Of a stretch of DNA of 64,000 nucleotides, positions 1 to 11,866 are shown piece after piece. A program made the translations under genes and the position numbers. This DNA is from Parasitella parasitica NRRL 2501 (Eukaryota; Fungi; Mucoromycota). How positions within the stretch are numbered: the first letter of the stretch is position 1; the number at the start of each line of letters is the position of its first letter. The stretch lies in the NCBI GenBank assembly GCA_025201805.1, contig MU619296.1:1-64000 (forward strand), read 5' to 3'. The notes below the pieces were generated by a model, which searched no databases, was not told the origin of the DNA, and worked only from the letters and a program-made list of their open reading frames with translations.

Positions 1-572
1 CGTACAATCTGGGTATCAGCAGAATAGGAGGGAAAGCCTTTGATGTAAGTGCCATCAGTGAGGCATATGCCTTTGTCGGTAATTGTGTGATACGAAAGTG
101 AATTAGGGGCCCACATGGTCTCCATGAACACATGATTCAGATAGGTGCGAGTTTTCTCACAACGCCCCAAAAATTCATTATATCCTCGACCGTCAACATC
201 TGCGTCTTTATTGAAGTCATCTAAGGCATCTCTAAGTATACTGAGGTCCTTAACATGAGTGATATCAATGAGGACAGATCCTTGTTCAAATCCTTTAATG
301 AAAGGGCGAACAAGTTCAATAGGATCTGGTTGGGTTTGGCTGTTAGTTGCTTGGTTGGACTCGGAATCGTTCAGTACTGGTTGAACAATTGTGGGTGATA
401 AAGAGAGATACTGTTGTTTGGCTTTGCCTTTTTTTCCTTTTCCCGCAGCAATGACTGACCAGGGAACGTTAGGTTTGATAGTTGGAGAGGGCGAACTGGA
501 AAGTCCAGGTCGCGATGAATTTGCTAAAGTACGGGTAGTGTTTACCATGCGAAAGAAAGCTGAATGTTCCAT
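1..572 (-). mobile_element. 5' part of a probable non-LTR (LINE/L1-like) retrotransposon ORF1, running off the window edge
   Basis: Uninterrupted, intronless minus-strand frame read by hand from ATG at 572 (or 548): MEHSAFFRMVNTTRTL...PWSVIAAGKGKKGK...GSVLIDITHV...KGFPSYSADTQIV. It resembles the gag-like ORF1 N-terminus of Mucorales LINEs and is absent from the ORF track because there is no stop inside the window. Confidence 0.55.
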
Positions 573-3500
573 TTGAGAGTGGATGAAAATAAAATTGGCT
601 TTGTCCAATAAAGAATTGAAATACAGTCTGCCATTTGCAGTTTCTGAAAAAAAAAAATTCAAGTAAACGATGAAAGTCATGGTGATTGTGATAATATATA
701 TTAAGGTTTCCGTTAATAAATTTATTTCTGATAAAAGCAAAGAAGTTTCTGGGAGAAGAGAAATGCCTCCGTAAAAAGATTTCAAGTGGGGATTTCCATA
801 TTTAGAGAAAAAGACTAATTGCTTTGTTTTATTCATAGTAAAGATACGAAGAGAATATTTTGTCTTTAAGTTCAAGGTGATCTTTAAAAAAAAGGTTACG
901 GTTGTCTATTGATAAAAATTTGTGATTCTGGGCGTAAATGTGTTTGTTGACTTTAGATCTAAAACCTTTAATTGGATTCAGGATTCAGGAACGGAGAGCA
1001 AGGTTGAAGATAAACACAATTATGTCCTTGGGATTTCATAAATTTATATACAGATAATTTTAATGAATAGGTGTGTTATCACGGTAGCAGATTGTTTCCT
1101 TTTTTCTGGCATTTTCTTATACCTTCAGTTGACCCGGCGTCATTTAGTGCAGAAGGTCTTGTCAGACAAGTACCAAGCTGGATTCTCTATATCCAGATTC
1201 ACAGTAGAACAGCTAGTCAAACCTGTGCCATCTTTTCCATTATATTGGAATGGTTTAAATATGTGTGTCTTTGCAAAGCCAACATAGATTTTAGTCGCCT
1301 GATTTTTTTTTTTTTTTTTTGGCCTGTGCGAACCTCAGAAAAAGACAAAGACTGTAAAAAACAATGTTTAGCAATCTCAAGCACAAAAACAAGAAATAAA
1401 AAGTAAAGCATTAGGCTATAAGGCACCTTTTGATTACATATTTGCGTAGCTTAGAGCAAGTTTTTGTACTTTTTAAGTTGACATCAGATGAAGATAACGA
1501 CTTTTTGACTTTTCTTCGGAAAACTAATTTTCAAAATCGGAGCGTAAGATCGTCAGGCCATGTACAGACATGCAAGTGCTACCATTAGAAAGGTAAGAAG
1601 CACAACATTTAAATAAATTAAATTTCAATTGTTTTTCTCTTGAATTGGTTAAGCTATGGTTTCTCAAAGATAATGCTTTCTTCAAAAAAAAAACACCATT
1701 TTTCTTTGATAGCGGAGATTAAACACATCCAAAATCAGGAAGAAAAGATTCTTTCAAAAACTCCATTTGGACATTTCGAAAACAAAATTACTACTTTGAG
1801 GCGGGATATCATCTTCCGATACTATGCATACCACAGCTGTCCGTCTATGGTAATAGCTGTATTTTTGGGCGCTCTACACGCTGGTATCATTTCATAGTTG
1901 CCGTATGCTTATGGAAGGAATTATGTTAAGAAAACCTCGAAAACAGATTAAGAGGGAAAAGTCAACATTCTGCTTAATCAGAGCCTATTTGCAATCTTTC
2001 AGATCAAGGAATGATCTTTTACGATCATTTTCTTCCAATATATGCTATAGTAAAAAGTTGCATTTTTGAGGTCAAAATCGAGGATAATGCGTAATCAATG
2101 ATTTTGAATGGGTGGATACAAGGAAAAAATCGAAAAAATCCGTCATTTTGCATCGAAAAAAAAATCATGTTCAAATTGCACTAAAATCATATATAATATA
2201 GTCTTTTCCCTTTAGATACTACTTCCGATGTTTTCAGGGCATTGTTGATTATAAAAATCAGTCAAAAAATGGCACACAAAGCTCAAGTTCTTGCATTTAA
2301 GCTGTAAAAAATCTCTATTTGGAGATGATACCTCTATAAAATAAGTATTTTTGATATCACAAGTATACCTTTCTTCATATTTATATGATACAACAGGTGT
2401 GGCTTATTGAATTGGAAGCAGAAGAGGATAATTATTGAATATTTAACTGCAATAAGCCCTTCTTCTTTGTGAATAACTCATAAGTTGCTAATTGCTAGTG
2501 ACAGAGAAGCCCTATTACCATTGTTGCTTATACTAATACTTAATATCAGCTCAATAGTTCCTTTTTTTTGTGATTCTAATGCTAAACATGTAACAATAGA
2601 AAGCAAAATAGAGGTTAGGATTGAGGTTGAGGGTAATTTTACCAACAAAAATTAAGCTTCGTATAAGCTTCTGGTAGATTCAAGGCTCCAGGCACTGTAC
2701 TATAGAGTATCAAATTCTTAATATAGGGGTTAACTCACTATATCAAACACAGTTTTGTACACCAACCCGTCCGTTATAATGAATCCCAACTGTATATTCT
2801 TTTTTGATATTGGATATGCTGACTTACTCATCAGATGTAACATAAAATGATAATGTAAAGTTTTAAATATAGAGATTGCCATTTGCTTGAATATGCTATG
2901 ATTTTTGAAAAGGCATATGATTAAAGGAGGAAACAGAATGAAATAGTCGGTTTAAACTTAGATTCAGGGATAAACTGCCATAGTGTAAATGCATAATTTG
3001 ATGGATACGTGCAACTTAATGCCTTACTAGTATATGCACTTCGATACTTTGATACTTTGATGGCTTTATAATTTAGTTTAAATACCTTTAAATTTATATT
3101 AACTTGTCTAAATATTTGAGCTTACTTAGATGTCCAATATCTCACGGCTATATCTAAAATAATTTATCAACATTTAAACATTATGAAATTCAAACAATTT
3201 TGTATTGTGGCCCGTTGGTGATTGTTCAGTTTCAGGTTCTGAAGTAAATGTCGATAGTGTTGATAAGGAATTTTCAATGTGTTGAAAAATGGAATAATAA
3301 ATAACCCAAATGGTCATTCATTTAAAAAAAAAACTCTTGCTCCTGCACAATGGCTGTTTGATCAAAAATAAAATAATTAGAGCGTCGCAATTTCGCATAT
3401 CATCATAAAATGCTCTTTTCTTGGGCATTTTTAATCTAAAATAGAAATCTAAAAGATGTGATCGTATTTAATACTTCTTGTCCCTACTCGAAACATTCTT

Positions 3501-3612
3501 AGGGAGACATTTCCCTTCTCTCAAAAACTTGTCAGCTTTTATCAGAAATAAAAGGTTTGTCATCGAAATCCTAATATATTATCACAAACACCGTGGCATT
3601 TATCATTTACTT

Positions 3613-3641
3613 NNNNNNNNNNNNNNNNNNNNNNNNNNNNN
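3613..3641. other. Assembly gap (N run)
   Basis: Run of n characters. Confidence 1.
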
Positions 3642-3668
3642 TTTTTCAAAAACCATATAAAGACTGTA

Positions 3669-3770
3669 GTCTGTAAACATCTGAGGTTATCCAAAGTTAA
3701 AATTGAAATCGTCCGGAAAAAAAAAGAGATGGTCCAAAAAAATAATGAAAACGTCCCAATATTACCCCTA
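3669..3770. repeat. Putative DNA-transposon end: GTCC motifs with 21-bp period ending in CCCCTA
   Basis: GTCC at 3711, 3732 and 3753, each followed by A-rich tracts, then ATTACCCCTA. The same layout occurs at 13841-13899. Confidence 0.35.
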
Positions 3771-3918
3771 AGAAATCCTCTCACTATTACGCCTTCTTCA
3801 CGCATTTGAACTGTCCGTCTCCCAGCTCTTAACCACCGCTTGCGATAATTTTCTACAGGAACACCCTCCTTTTGCTCCACATAAATTTTAATTTTTTCTC
3901 TCTCTTTATTTACGCAAC

Positions 3919-5357
3919 ATGTTGGAATCTATTCCCGGCAAAGTGTTTGTTGTGGGAGTAGTGTTGCTGATATCATTTATCGCTTATTCATCCCAACTAG
4001 TCATATTTCTGCCTGCATATGGTGGGTGGAATTCTTCCAGCCTTGCTACTTTATTGCCTCTGAATCTACTGGTCGCCATGGTGTTTTACAACTATTATCT
4101 CTGCGTAACTACAGATCCTGGAAAGATACCAGTGCATTGGGTAAGATTGGAAATGCGCTTTTTCTGAAAAATGCATTTATCGCTGTTTTGTGATTTCAGG
4201 AACCACCTTCCTCTCTAGTTGTATCAAAAGAAATAACTACAGAAGGCATTACTGGACCAAGGTTTTGTAAGAGCTGCAACGTTTATAAACCACCGAGAAG
4301 CCATCACTGTCGATACTGCGGTCGTTGTGTTTTGAAAATGGACCACCACTGTCCTTGGATAGACAACTGCGTTGGACACGACAATCACGGTCATTTCATG
4401 CGATTCGTTATTTACGCAAACGTTGCTTGTTCCTATGTGATTATTTTATTGATTGGAAGAGTAAGAGCAATTATGGATGCAATTCGACATTTTCAGGTAT
4501 ATATATTTGCACGTTGTATTATCGACCTGCTGATTAAACGAGGAAACCTTCACAGTTTGATGCCGAGCCCGACACAGCTCAAATCGTATTCATGGTCCTA
4601 AATTTTGTATTTGCTTTTATCGTAGTGTTTTGTGTTGGCATTCTCGCTTGCTATCAACTGTACTGCCTGTCGAAAAATCAGACAAATATCGAATCTTGGG
4701 AGAGGGGCAAAGTGGAAGGGCTTGTAAAGAGAGGAAAAATCTTGCCTGTAAGAATAAAAGAAATGCGAGAAATAGCGTCCCAGCTTCCACTGACATAGAG
4801 ACACTCTTTTTGGATAGGTAAATTATCCATTTGACGTTGGGTTCTACAGGAATTTGTGTGAGGTACTCGGTCCAAACCCATTGACATGGCTGTGGCCTCA
4901 ACAGATGCAAGGCGATGGATTGTCCTTCCCCATTACTCCAGAGACAGACCCTCGTGTACCTTATTATTGGCCACCTAGAGATCCAGATGATCTTCGTCCG
5001 TCGATTTTCTCTTCGAAATACAAAAGACGGCAAGAAGCACAGCGATTGCTAGCAGAGGACCCAGATGCAATTTTAGAAGAATCAGATGGCTACTATGATT
5101 CTGGCAGCTTTGTCACAGACAGCGAAGCAGAGTACTCGATCGACGATGAAGAGGAAGGGATGCGACATTTGGTCAACAATCGTTTATATGATTTATCTGG
5201 CTCCTATTTGGACAATACCCCACCAGCAGGTCAGCAGCATAGACGCAATCCTCATGGATTGCAACAATTAGATGATAATTTCGACAGTGATACTGATACG
5301 ATGCCTCTATCTGCATTTGCCTCCAAAAAAAAGAGCCCCTCTTCAAAAGAGGATTAG
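3919..5357 (+). CDS. PFA4: DHHC palmitoyltransferase (multi-exon)
   Basis: Exons encode TM helices, [52 protein letters not shown] and WPPRDP. GT-AG introns, e.g. 4141-4199. Confidence 0.9.
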
Positions 5358-5497
5358 GCTAAAGATCGTCTATTTTATTATAATCCTTCTAAATAAATCA
5401 ATTGCGTAATGTATACTACTCAAATCAACTTGTCGCTTGTAGCCATGTATAAATAAAAAGCGTATATAATTTATATATGTATATATATATAATGCAG

Positions 5498-6154
5498 TTA
5501 TCCAGCCAAGACATCAACCAACACTGTCCAAGCACCAGCGACACCAGCACAGACCGCTGCAGAAATACCTGCCACACGAGGACCAGATGTGCACTTGAAA
5601 ATAGCGCCTGAAATAGCACCAGCAGCCAGACTATTGAAGATATCATGGGAACCTCTTGAATAGTCAATTAGCGAATTGGTACCATTGTAAATCATGGCAA
5701 TCACACCAACGGCGTTACCAACACCGGGGCCTCTGCGTGTTATTGAATTAAGAGTAGTATTTAAACGTACTCTAGAAGCACCAGAGCTCTTTTTAAGGCC
5801 TTCCATCATACCATATGCCCCACCCAAAGTTAAACCTGCCAAATAAGTGGTGCCTGTACCGTAACATAGGTCGTCAGACCAGCCACGAGAAGGTGCAAAC
5901 CCACTAGATGTGCCAACAGGAGCATCCTCTACCTGCAAAAAGTCGAGGCCTTGTAAAGACATGGGTTGAAGTCGACTAGCGTCAAGGGTTATGCTTGACA
6001 TAAAGTCTGGCATCTTTTCATAGCCGCTGTCATCTGTAATGTTGAAGCTGCTTTCTTCAAAAGAATTGGAAGAAGGCGAATATAAATCATCAGCCTCTTG
6101 CTGATGTTGTTGCGCTACAGGTGCAGTGCTTGATCCAAATCCAAAGATTCCCAT
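5498..6154 (-). CDS. TIM23: Mitochondrial inner-membrane translocase subunit Tim23
   Basis: PSRGWSDDLCYGTGTTYLAGLTLGGAYG...RLNTTLNSITRRGP is the Tim23 signature. Confidence 0.95.
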   Translation of the reverse strand: MGIFGFGSSTAPVAQQHQQEADDLYSPSSNSFEESSFNITDDSGYEKMPDFMSSITLDASRLQPMSLQGLDFLQVEDAPVGTSSGFAPSRGWSDDLCYGTGTTYLAGLTLGGAYGMMEGLKKSSGASRVRLNTTLNSITRRGPGVGNAVGVIAMIYNGTNSLIDYSRGSHDIFNSLAAGAISGAIFKCTSGPRVAGISAAVCAGVAGAWTVLVDVLAG

Positions 6155-6247
6155 TTTGCTTGTGTGTGGTTTTTTTTTTTTTTTGGTTGTTTTGCGGGGG
6201 TGGAAGAAAAGGGTAAGGTAGTATTACAAAAACGCTTCGTCTTATAT

Positions 6248-7481
6248 TCTGTAAAACTAAAAATTGAATACCGGACCACCGGCGCAGCCGGCAATGGGGA
6301 GAAACCCCTCCCCCAAGGATCTAAGTCATGAAGTTTTTGACATTTACTTTCTTCTACTATCAATATGCCTCCTGTTGAGACTAGAAATTGCACAAGCTGC
6401 AAAATTGCTCTTCCTGAAACCACTCCGAAAATGTGATTCATGTCGTGTAAATAAAAATTGTTTGCCGAAAAAAACTGTGAATTGAGCAAAGTTTTTTTTC
6501 CAGGAACGTGCCCGAAACTACGCCAGACACAGAGCTGCGTCAAGGCCGACAGCACCAGAGCACCCAGAGCACCCAGAGCACCCAGAGCATCCAGAGCTTT
6601 TGTTTCTGAATTGGCAATAATGCGAATCTCTGATCTGGGGACGACGAATGTTGATTGTGATGGTTGTGGTGCCTTGCATTGGGAAGCAGAAAGAGCTACC
6701 AATCAAACGAGAAACGACAATCGCTTCTATGCTTGCTGTAAAAAAGGAAAGGCTTTATTGCCCTTATTACAAGAACCGCCTGAGCCTTTGAATGGATTGA
6801 TCAACGGAAGTCATCCACGCTCAGCGCATTTCTTGCAGCATATGAGACAGTACAACACTTTGTTTGCGTTTACCTCATTTGGTACTGACGCCACCCCTGA
6901 GCAACTTCAATGAGAGAGACAAGAAGAAATCAGAGGTGGAATCACTCCAGTTCGTGTTCGTCCAAATATACAAGCACGCTCACGAAATTTTGAGAGAGGA
7001 AGAGGAGCGACAAGCCCAAAATGGTATTAACGAGGATGCTCATATCAGGCACAACCCTCAGATGCGAATGGAGCTAATTGTTGGTGAAGACAGACGCACC
7101 CAAAATCTGCCAACTCTCAACGAGATTGCGGCTATTATACCCAACGAATATGCTGACAGGAGTTTCAGAGATAATTTAATTACATATCGAAATAGCTCCT
7201 CCACCAGTGCTCAGGGTCTTTTCAAAAGAATTAATGAAACGCATGCTGCCTATATGCTTCTTCATTGTGTCTTGCTTTTCCCTAGAGGCGAATATCCAGT
7301 AGAGACGGGTGGGGTGGGGGCTTCAAGGGGTATACCTTCCCCCTGACTATTATGTAAACTTCTCCATTATCAAAGCTTGATTGCTTAATCTACTTGATTT
7401 AACTAAATTTTTGTTGTAGTGTAAATTATACCTTCCCGCAGAGCGACGCCGTCATCGAGCGTATCGAGATCAAACGGCTAG
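6248..7481 (+). mobile_element. Internally deleted Helitron (Rep/helicase N-terminal remnant, frameshifted)
   Basis: ORFs 6458-6913 (CDGCGALHWEAER...ACCKKGKALLPLLQEPP...FLQHMRQYNTLFAFTS) and 6864-7346 (NLPTLNEIAAIIP...RINETHAAYMLLHCVLLFPRGE) match the Helitron N-terminal region. The 3' end has a GCCGT...ACGGC inverted repeat running into CTAG (7478-7481) followed by T. TC at 6248 is a possible 5' end. Confidence 0.8.
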
Positions 7482-8280
7482 TAGGCTCTTACAGCAATCA
7501 CGGCCACAGCATCAATAAGTACATCATCAACAACCGCAGCATCTTCAGACGGAACATCAGTAACCACAGCATCAGTAGCCACAGCATCAAAGACCTCATT
7601 ATCAACGACTGAAGCATTAAATATCCAAAATAAAAAATTTAAGGTAAAGAATTCGTGTTTGCAGCTTTATAGCCATTAATAAACATAATTATAGCTCTCT
7701 GCAAAAGACAATGTACATATTGGCAATTTAAGAATAACACTAGGAGAGTTTCTAATTAAATACTATGAAAATTTGTTAATCGAATCACCTAAGGACAAAT
7801 ATTTTTCGTAGTAAATATCATTGAAGACTTGAATCCATGGTATCGCAACAACATATTTATTTTCTTTTAGCCTTTCTCAAAACTTCATCATTGATATCTC
7901 CAACGAATCCCAGAAATCACAGTTGAACTATTTTGGTGTTGAAACGACGACTATCATCAAAGAAAAATATACCAGAAAACTTACTGAATGTGTTAATCAT
8001 AACATTACCGAAATTACAGATTTATTAAAAATAGTAAGTTTATAATAGGGCCAAATTTATATCTGGATTTCTAACTGACCTATTTATATATATGTATAAA
8101 GTAAGTAGATGCCCAAACTTTGATAAAGACTAAAATAAGGCTTGATTTACTCAAACCCGATAATATCCGTACAAGAGTATGTTTGTAGCATAGTTGCGAA
8201 AAAATCGACCAACGGAAAGGGAAATATTCATTAACCACTAAAACTACTCTCTATTCAAATTAAACACAAATAAGAAGTAT
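7482..8280 (+). pseudogene. Degraded, 5'-truncated intron-containing gene fragment with Ser/Thr/Ala-rich repeats
   Basis: Roughly 15-bp periodic ACAGCATCA repeats (7500-7620) read TATASISTSSTTAASS..., followed by GT..AG-bounded coding-like blocks with stops. Confidence 0.35.
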
Positions 8281-8400
8281 GAGCGTCATTTTTACTAGAG
8301 TTTTCTATGTTGGTATGAGGCTAATACAAACTGTAGTCTATATCAAACAATAAACCGATTTTAGCTACCACTATGAAAACGTCTAGCGAAATAATAACTA

Positions 8401-8450
8401 CAGTCATGAATACGATACGGATACGGATATGAATTTACAGCCATGGACAT
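8401..8450 (+). repeat. Inverted copy of the GATACG array motif (candidate outer left end of the nuclease cassette)
   Basis: CAGTCATGAATACGATACGGATACGGAT and CAGCCATGGA resemble the reverse complement of the array's right end (AGCCATGGATACGGGTACG). Confidence 0.6.
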
Positions 8451-9345
8451 GAGGCGTAAACACAAGATCTGATATTTCAGAGTGCATAAAGTTAACACAC
8501 TCTGAGTTATTTATTTGAGGGTAGTATTCTTCGTTGATTTGAAGCGTGTTACTATAAGGAAAATTGATGATTTTGACTAAATCAATTTTCAGGCAAACGC
8601 TTTCTTATATGATAAATATAAAGACTAAACAATTCTACATGCTAAATGTCTGCATAGAAATTATTTATTTAAACTTTCTCTACATAATTTGTTCTGACTT
8701 TTCCTCATAAAATCAAATTTTCTATTTATTGGAACTACACTATACTCTTTATTGTATTTGTAACGTCTACAATTCCCAGGCGTTGGCAAACAATCAAGAC
8801 AAACACTATGCGTATTGCAAAATTTAGCTTTGAAAAACGTTTATTCACATCCGAATTAATTTCACAAGCATGCTTTGCTCGAGGCAATTGAATAGAACAA
8901 CTTGAAAAGTTTAAAACTACAGTAAATAATGAGACTTACATCTTATTTGCAGCTGCTATCTGTCAACATCGGATCAAAAATGGCAAAGCTTATTTGTTAG
9001 CCGTAAAAAATAAAAAATAAATTCGAGTTAGCAAAGAAATAAGGCGTATGTAAATCAACCTTGCATATAAAAATAGGCATGCTAATTTCATCCAATATGC
9101 TTATAAGTGATATTGCATCATGTTGCTTATAAATATAATTGCTTGGACAGAAAAAATCACGTAAAAATGGGAAAGTGCCCTCTAATTTAACACAATTATG
9201 ATAAATGCCGACTATAGATCAACATATTGACTCTTTTCTTAACTTGAACGTCTCCATAACAACTCTTTACAATTTTACCCCTCGCAATATACGCTGATAT
9301 ATTAGTCTTGATAGGAAACACTTTTTTTTGAAACCAGAAATAAAA

Positions 9346-9392
9346 GTCAGTCTTTTTTATAAGGGTACCGATACGGATACGGATACGATACG
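9346..9392 (+). repeat. Inverted copy of the array motif and flank, directly upstream of the nuclease gene
   Basis: GTCAGTCTTTTTT (9346-9358) is the reverse complement of AAAAAAGACTGAC (11884-11896). It is followed by CCGATACGGATACGGATACGATACG. Confidence 0.65.
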
Positions 9393-9422
9393 TTTCTTTA
9401 TTCTTTCTGAATTTCAGGAATA

Positions 9423-10554
9423 ATGTCTGACTATTTCAATATTGAAAATGGTAAGCGAATATACTATAGAGTTGTAAATACTTTCTTATATAACTTTTTT
9501 AGACTATACTAATTGCGCTTTACCATACAACTACAGACCAGGAACTGATCTGATCAGTAAAATGGTTTTAACCGACACTCAAACCATCAACATGCTGATA
9601 AAAGTTCTCGTACCAGAAGTGGCAGAAGACCACTATGCTGCAACACCAACAGAGTTTATAAACAAAAACAAATGTGATGTCCTTTATACTCCTCACGATC
9701 CTTTAAGCGCATTTCCGCCTGTACTTATTGAAGTTCAAAATCAAGTGGATGAAAAATTCTTGGTACGCGCTATTCATTACAGTACACTCATATACGAAAG
9801 ATACAAGAAACGCCCTATATTAGTGATAATCGGAGTCGCAAGTGCCACTGCGCAATTTATGAGCCTGACGGCACCGAATAGCGACTTTCTCTTCGCCAGG
9901 CACATATCATGTATAGGTTGGGCAAAACGATGCCTTGTACTGACATCTTCAACATTAAAAGTAAACGAACACAACACCGATGAAGAATTACACCCTTTAC
10001 AAGCATTAGGTCACTTCATTTGCTCACAATCATTGTCATTGAGTACGTTGGATTATGGAAAAAATGACAAATGGGTGAGATTGCTGTATTCAATTGCACA
10101 CGCCAATCTTGAGCAACTAAGTGGAGAAGAAGATGAAAAGTTGGAAGCAATTAGCAACATATGTACCAGTAGTCAAATTCAACTCCACAAGATAAAAAGG
10201 TGCCTCGAAAATGGAGAAATTGAAAAGGCATTAATCTATACGGACGATACTTTAGGATTCTTACAACGACAAAAAAGAAAATACTGCGAAGCTATAGAAA
10301 CAACACCCATTGAAGAAGCTCCTCCCTTGGTCTATTTAAACAAAAACAGGAAGCTCACAAACTCTGTTGATTTCAATGACGAGAGGAATAAAGCAGAACT
10401 GCACCAATTTGTACAACGATTCAAAAGTATCGAATCAGGAAGAATCAGCTGGAAGAAGTGCTTTGAGCAAGGGCATCTTGATGACATAAAAATAATCAAG
10501 CATTTTAAAACTAGTGAAAGTTTAAGATGCCACTATAACAGATCCTTTAAATGA
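9423..10554 (+). CDS. PD-(D/E)XK nuclease-fold protein (Rpn/PDDEXK_2-like) with C-terminal helical extension
   Basis: Exon 1 at 9423-9450 (MSDYFNIEN) plus a phase-1 intron at 9451-9502 joins in frame to ORF 9562-10554. Motifs are PTEF...KCDVLY...PPVLIEVQ...FLVRAIHY. The C-terminus ISWKKCFEQG...SESLRCHYNR is a possible Myb/HTH-like domain. Confidence 0.7.
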
Positions 10555-10594
10555 AGAAAAAATATTTTATTACTGTCGTTAAAAAGAGTACCAT

Positions 10595-11244
10595 TTAATC
10601 ATTCAAGTCATTATTACATAATATGGCTTTGTCATTGCTTGTAATAGCTATGATAATTTCCAATAAAGGGTGATATTTTAGTTTACTTTTGTTGATCCTA
10701 CTATCCTTCGATGAAACTAATAAACACTGCCTTGCCCAAAATGCACATGGTATTTCTCTTAGGAATGAGAGCTCTTGATGTACCGAGCTTAGTTCAACGT
10801 TGCTCTCATCAAGTTCTTGGGCAACAATAATCACGCAGATAGGGGCAATATTATATAGTTCGAAAACGTTGGTGCATTGTTGGATGATTTGATTAAATTT
10901 TGCGTCGTCAAAAGTCTCAATAGTGTTGATAACTATGGGAGGTAAATTATTTGGAAGATTACACGGAACATATAGGACAGAAAATACATGTTTATGTATA
11001 AACTCTAAAGGCTCAACATAATATGAACCTTTTGATGCTTTAACAAGACTTGCAGTTATATTGTCAAGGATTTGTTCGTCAGTCAAAATGATCTTGCTAA
11101 TCAAGTCAATTCCAGGATAATACTCAGTTGGTACAGCAAAATCATGACAATATTGATCTTCTTCTAAAATATTATTATGGATGTAAGAAAGAGTAAATAT
11201 TAACATTTCTAAACTGTAACAAACTTACCAGTATAATCACACAT
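10595..11244 (-). CDS. Shorter paralog of the adjacent nuclease with catalytic residues replaced
   Basis: Exon 1 ATG at 11244 (MCDYT) plus a phase-1 GT-AG intron. It aligns with the neighbour: YPGIDLISKIILTD/RPGTDLISKMVLTD, PLEF/PTEF, SVLYVP/DVLYTP, PPIVINTI/PPVLIEVQ, CAFWARQCLLVSS/CIGWAKRCLVLTS, HPLL/HPLQ. Confidence 0.7.
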
Positions 11245-11297
11245 TCCTTTCTCACAAAAACACTGTATTACTTTATTGAAAGAAACTGAATATTCTA

Positions 11298-11866
11298 TCC
11301 GTATCCATACGTCGTCATTCGACAACCGGTGTTCTAATTTCTTGTATCGTACCAGTATCGTACCCGTATCGTATCCATAAAAATAACCGTATCATGTATC
11401 CATATCCGTATCGTGACAGTATCGTATCCGTAAAAATAACCGTATCATGTTTCTAAAACCGTATCGTATCCGTATCGTACCAGTATCGCATCCACAAAAA
11501 TAGCCTATCATGTATTTGAATTCGTATCGTACCAGTATCGTACCCGTATCGTATCCATAAAAATAGCCGTATCATGTATTTAAATTCGTATCGTACCAGT
11601 ATCGTATCCGTATCGTATCCATAAAAATAGCCGTATCGTGTCTCTAAATCCGTATCGTATCCGTATCGTATCCGTAAAAACAGCCGTATCGTGTTTCTAA
11701 ATCCGTATCGTATCAGTACCGTATCCGTAGCGTATCCGTAAAAATAGCCGTATCGTGTCTCTAAATCCGTATCGTATCAGTACCGTATCCGTATCGTATC
11801 CGTAAAAATAGCCGTATCGTGTCTCTAAATCCGTATCGTACCAGAATCGTACCCGTATCCATGGCT
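11298..11866. repeat. Higher-order tandem array of about 9 units of 53/64 bp built from an 11-bp CGTATCGTATC subunit
   Basis: AAAAA(T/C)A(A/G)CC anchors at 11379, 11432, 11496, 11559, 11623, 11676, 11740 and 11804 (spacings 53, 64, 63, 64, 53, 64, 64). Confidence 0.95.

Noticed and set aside
6115-6702. 195-aa antisense ORF and other short overlapping ORFs in the track
   Set aside because: Shadow frames of real genes, of low-complexity repeats (e.g. CAGAGCACC x4) or of TE remnants.
11298-11866. CRISPR-like array next to a nuclease
   Set aside because: There are no unique spacers. Every segment is a variant of the same unit, no cas genes are present, and the host is eukaryotic.
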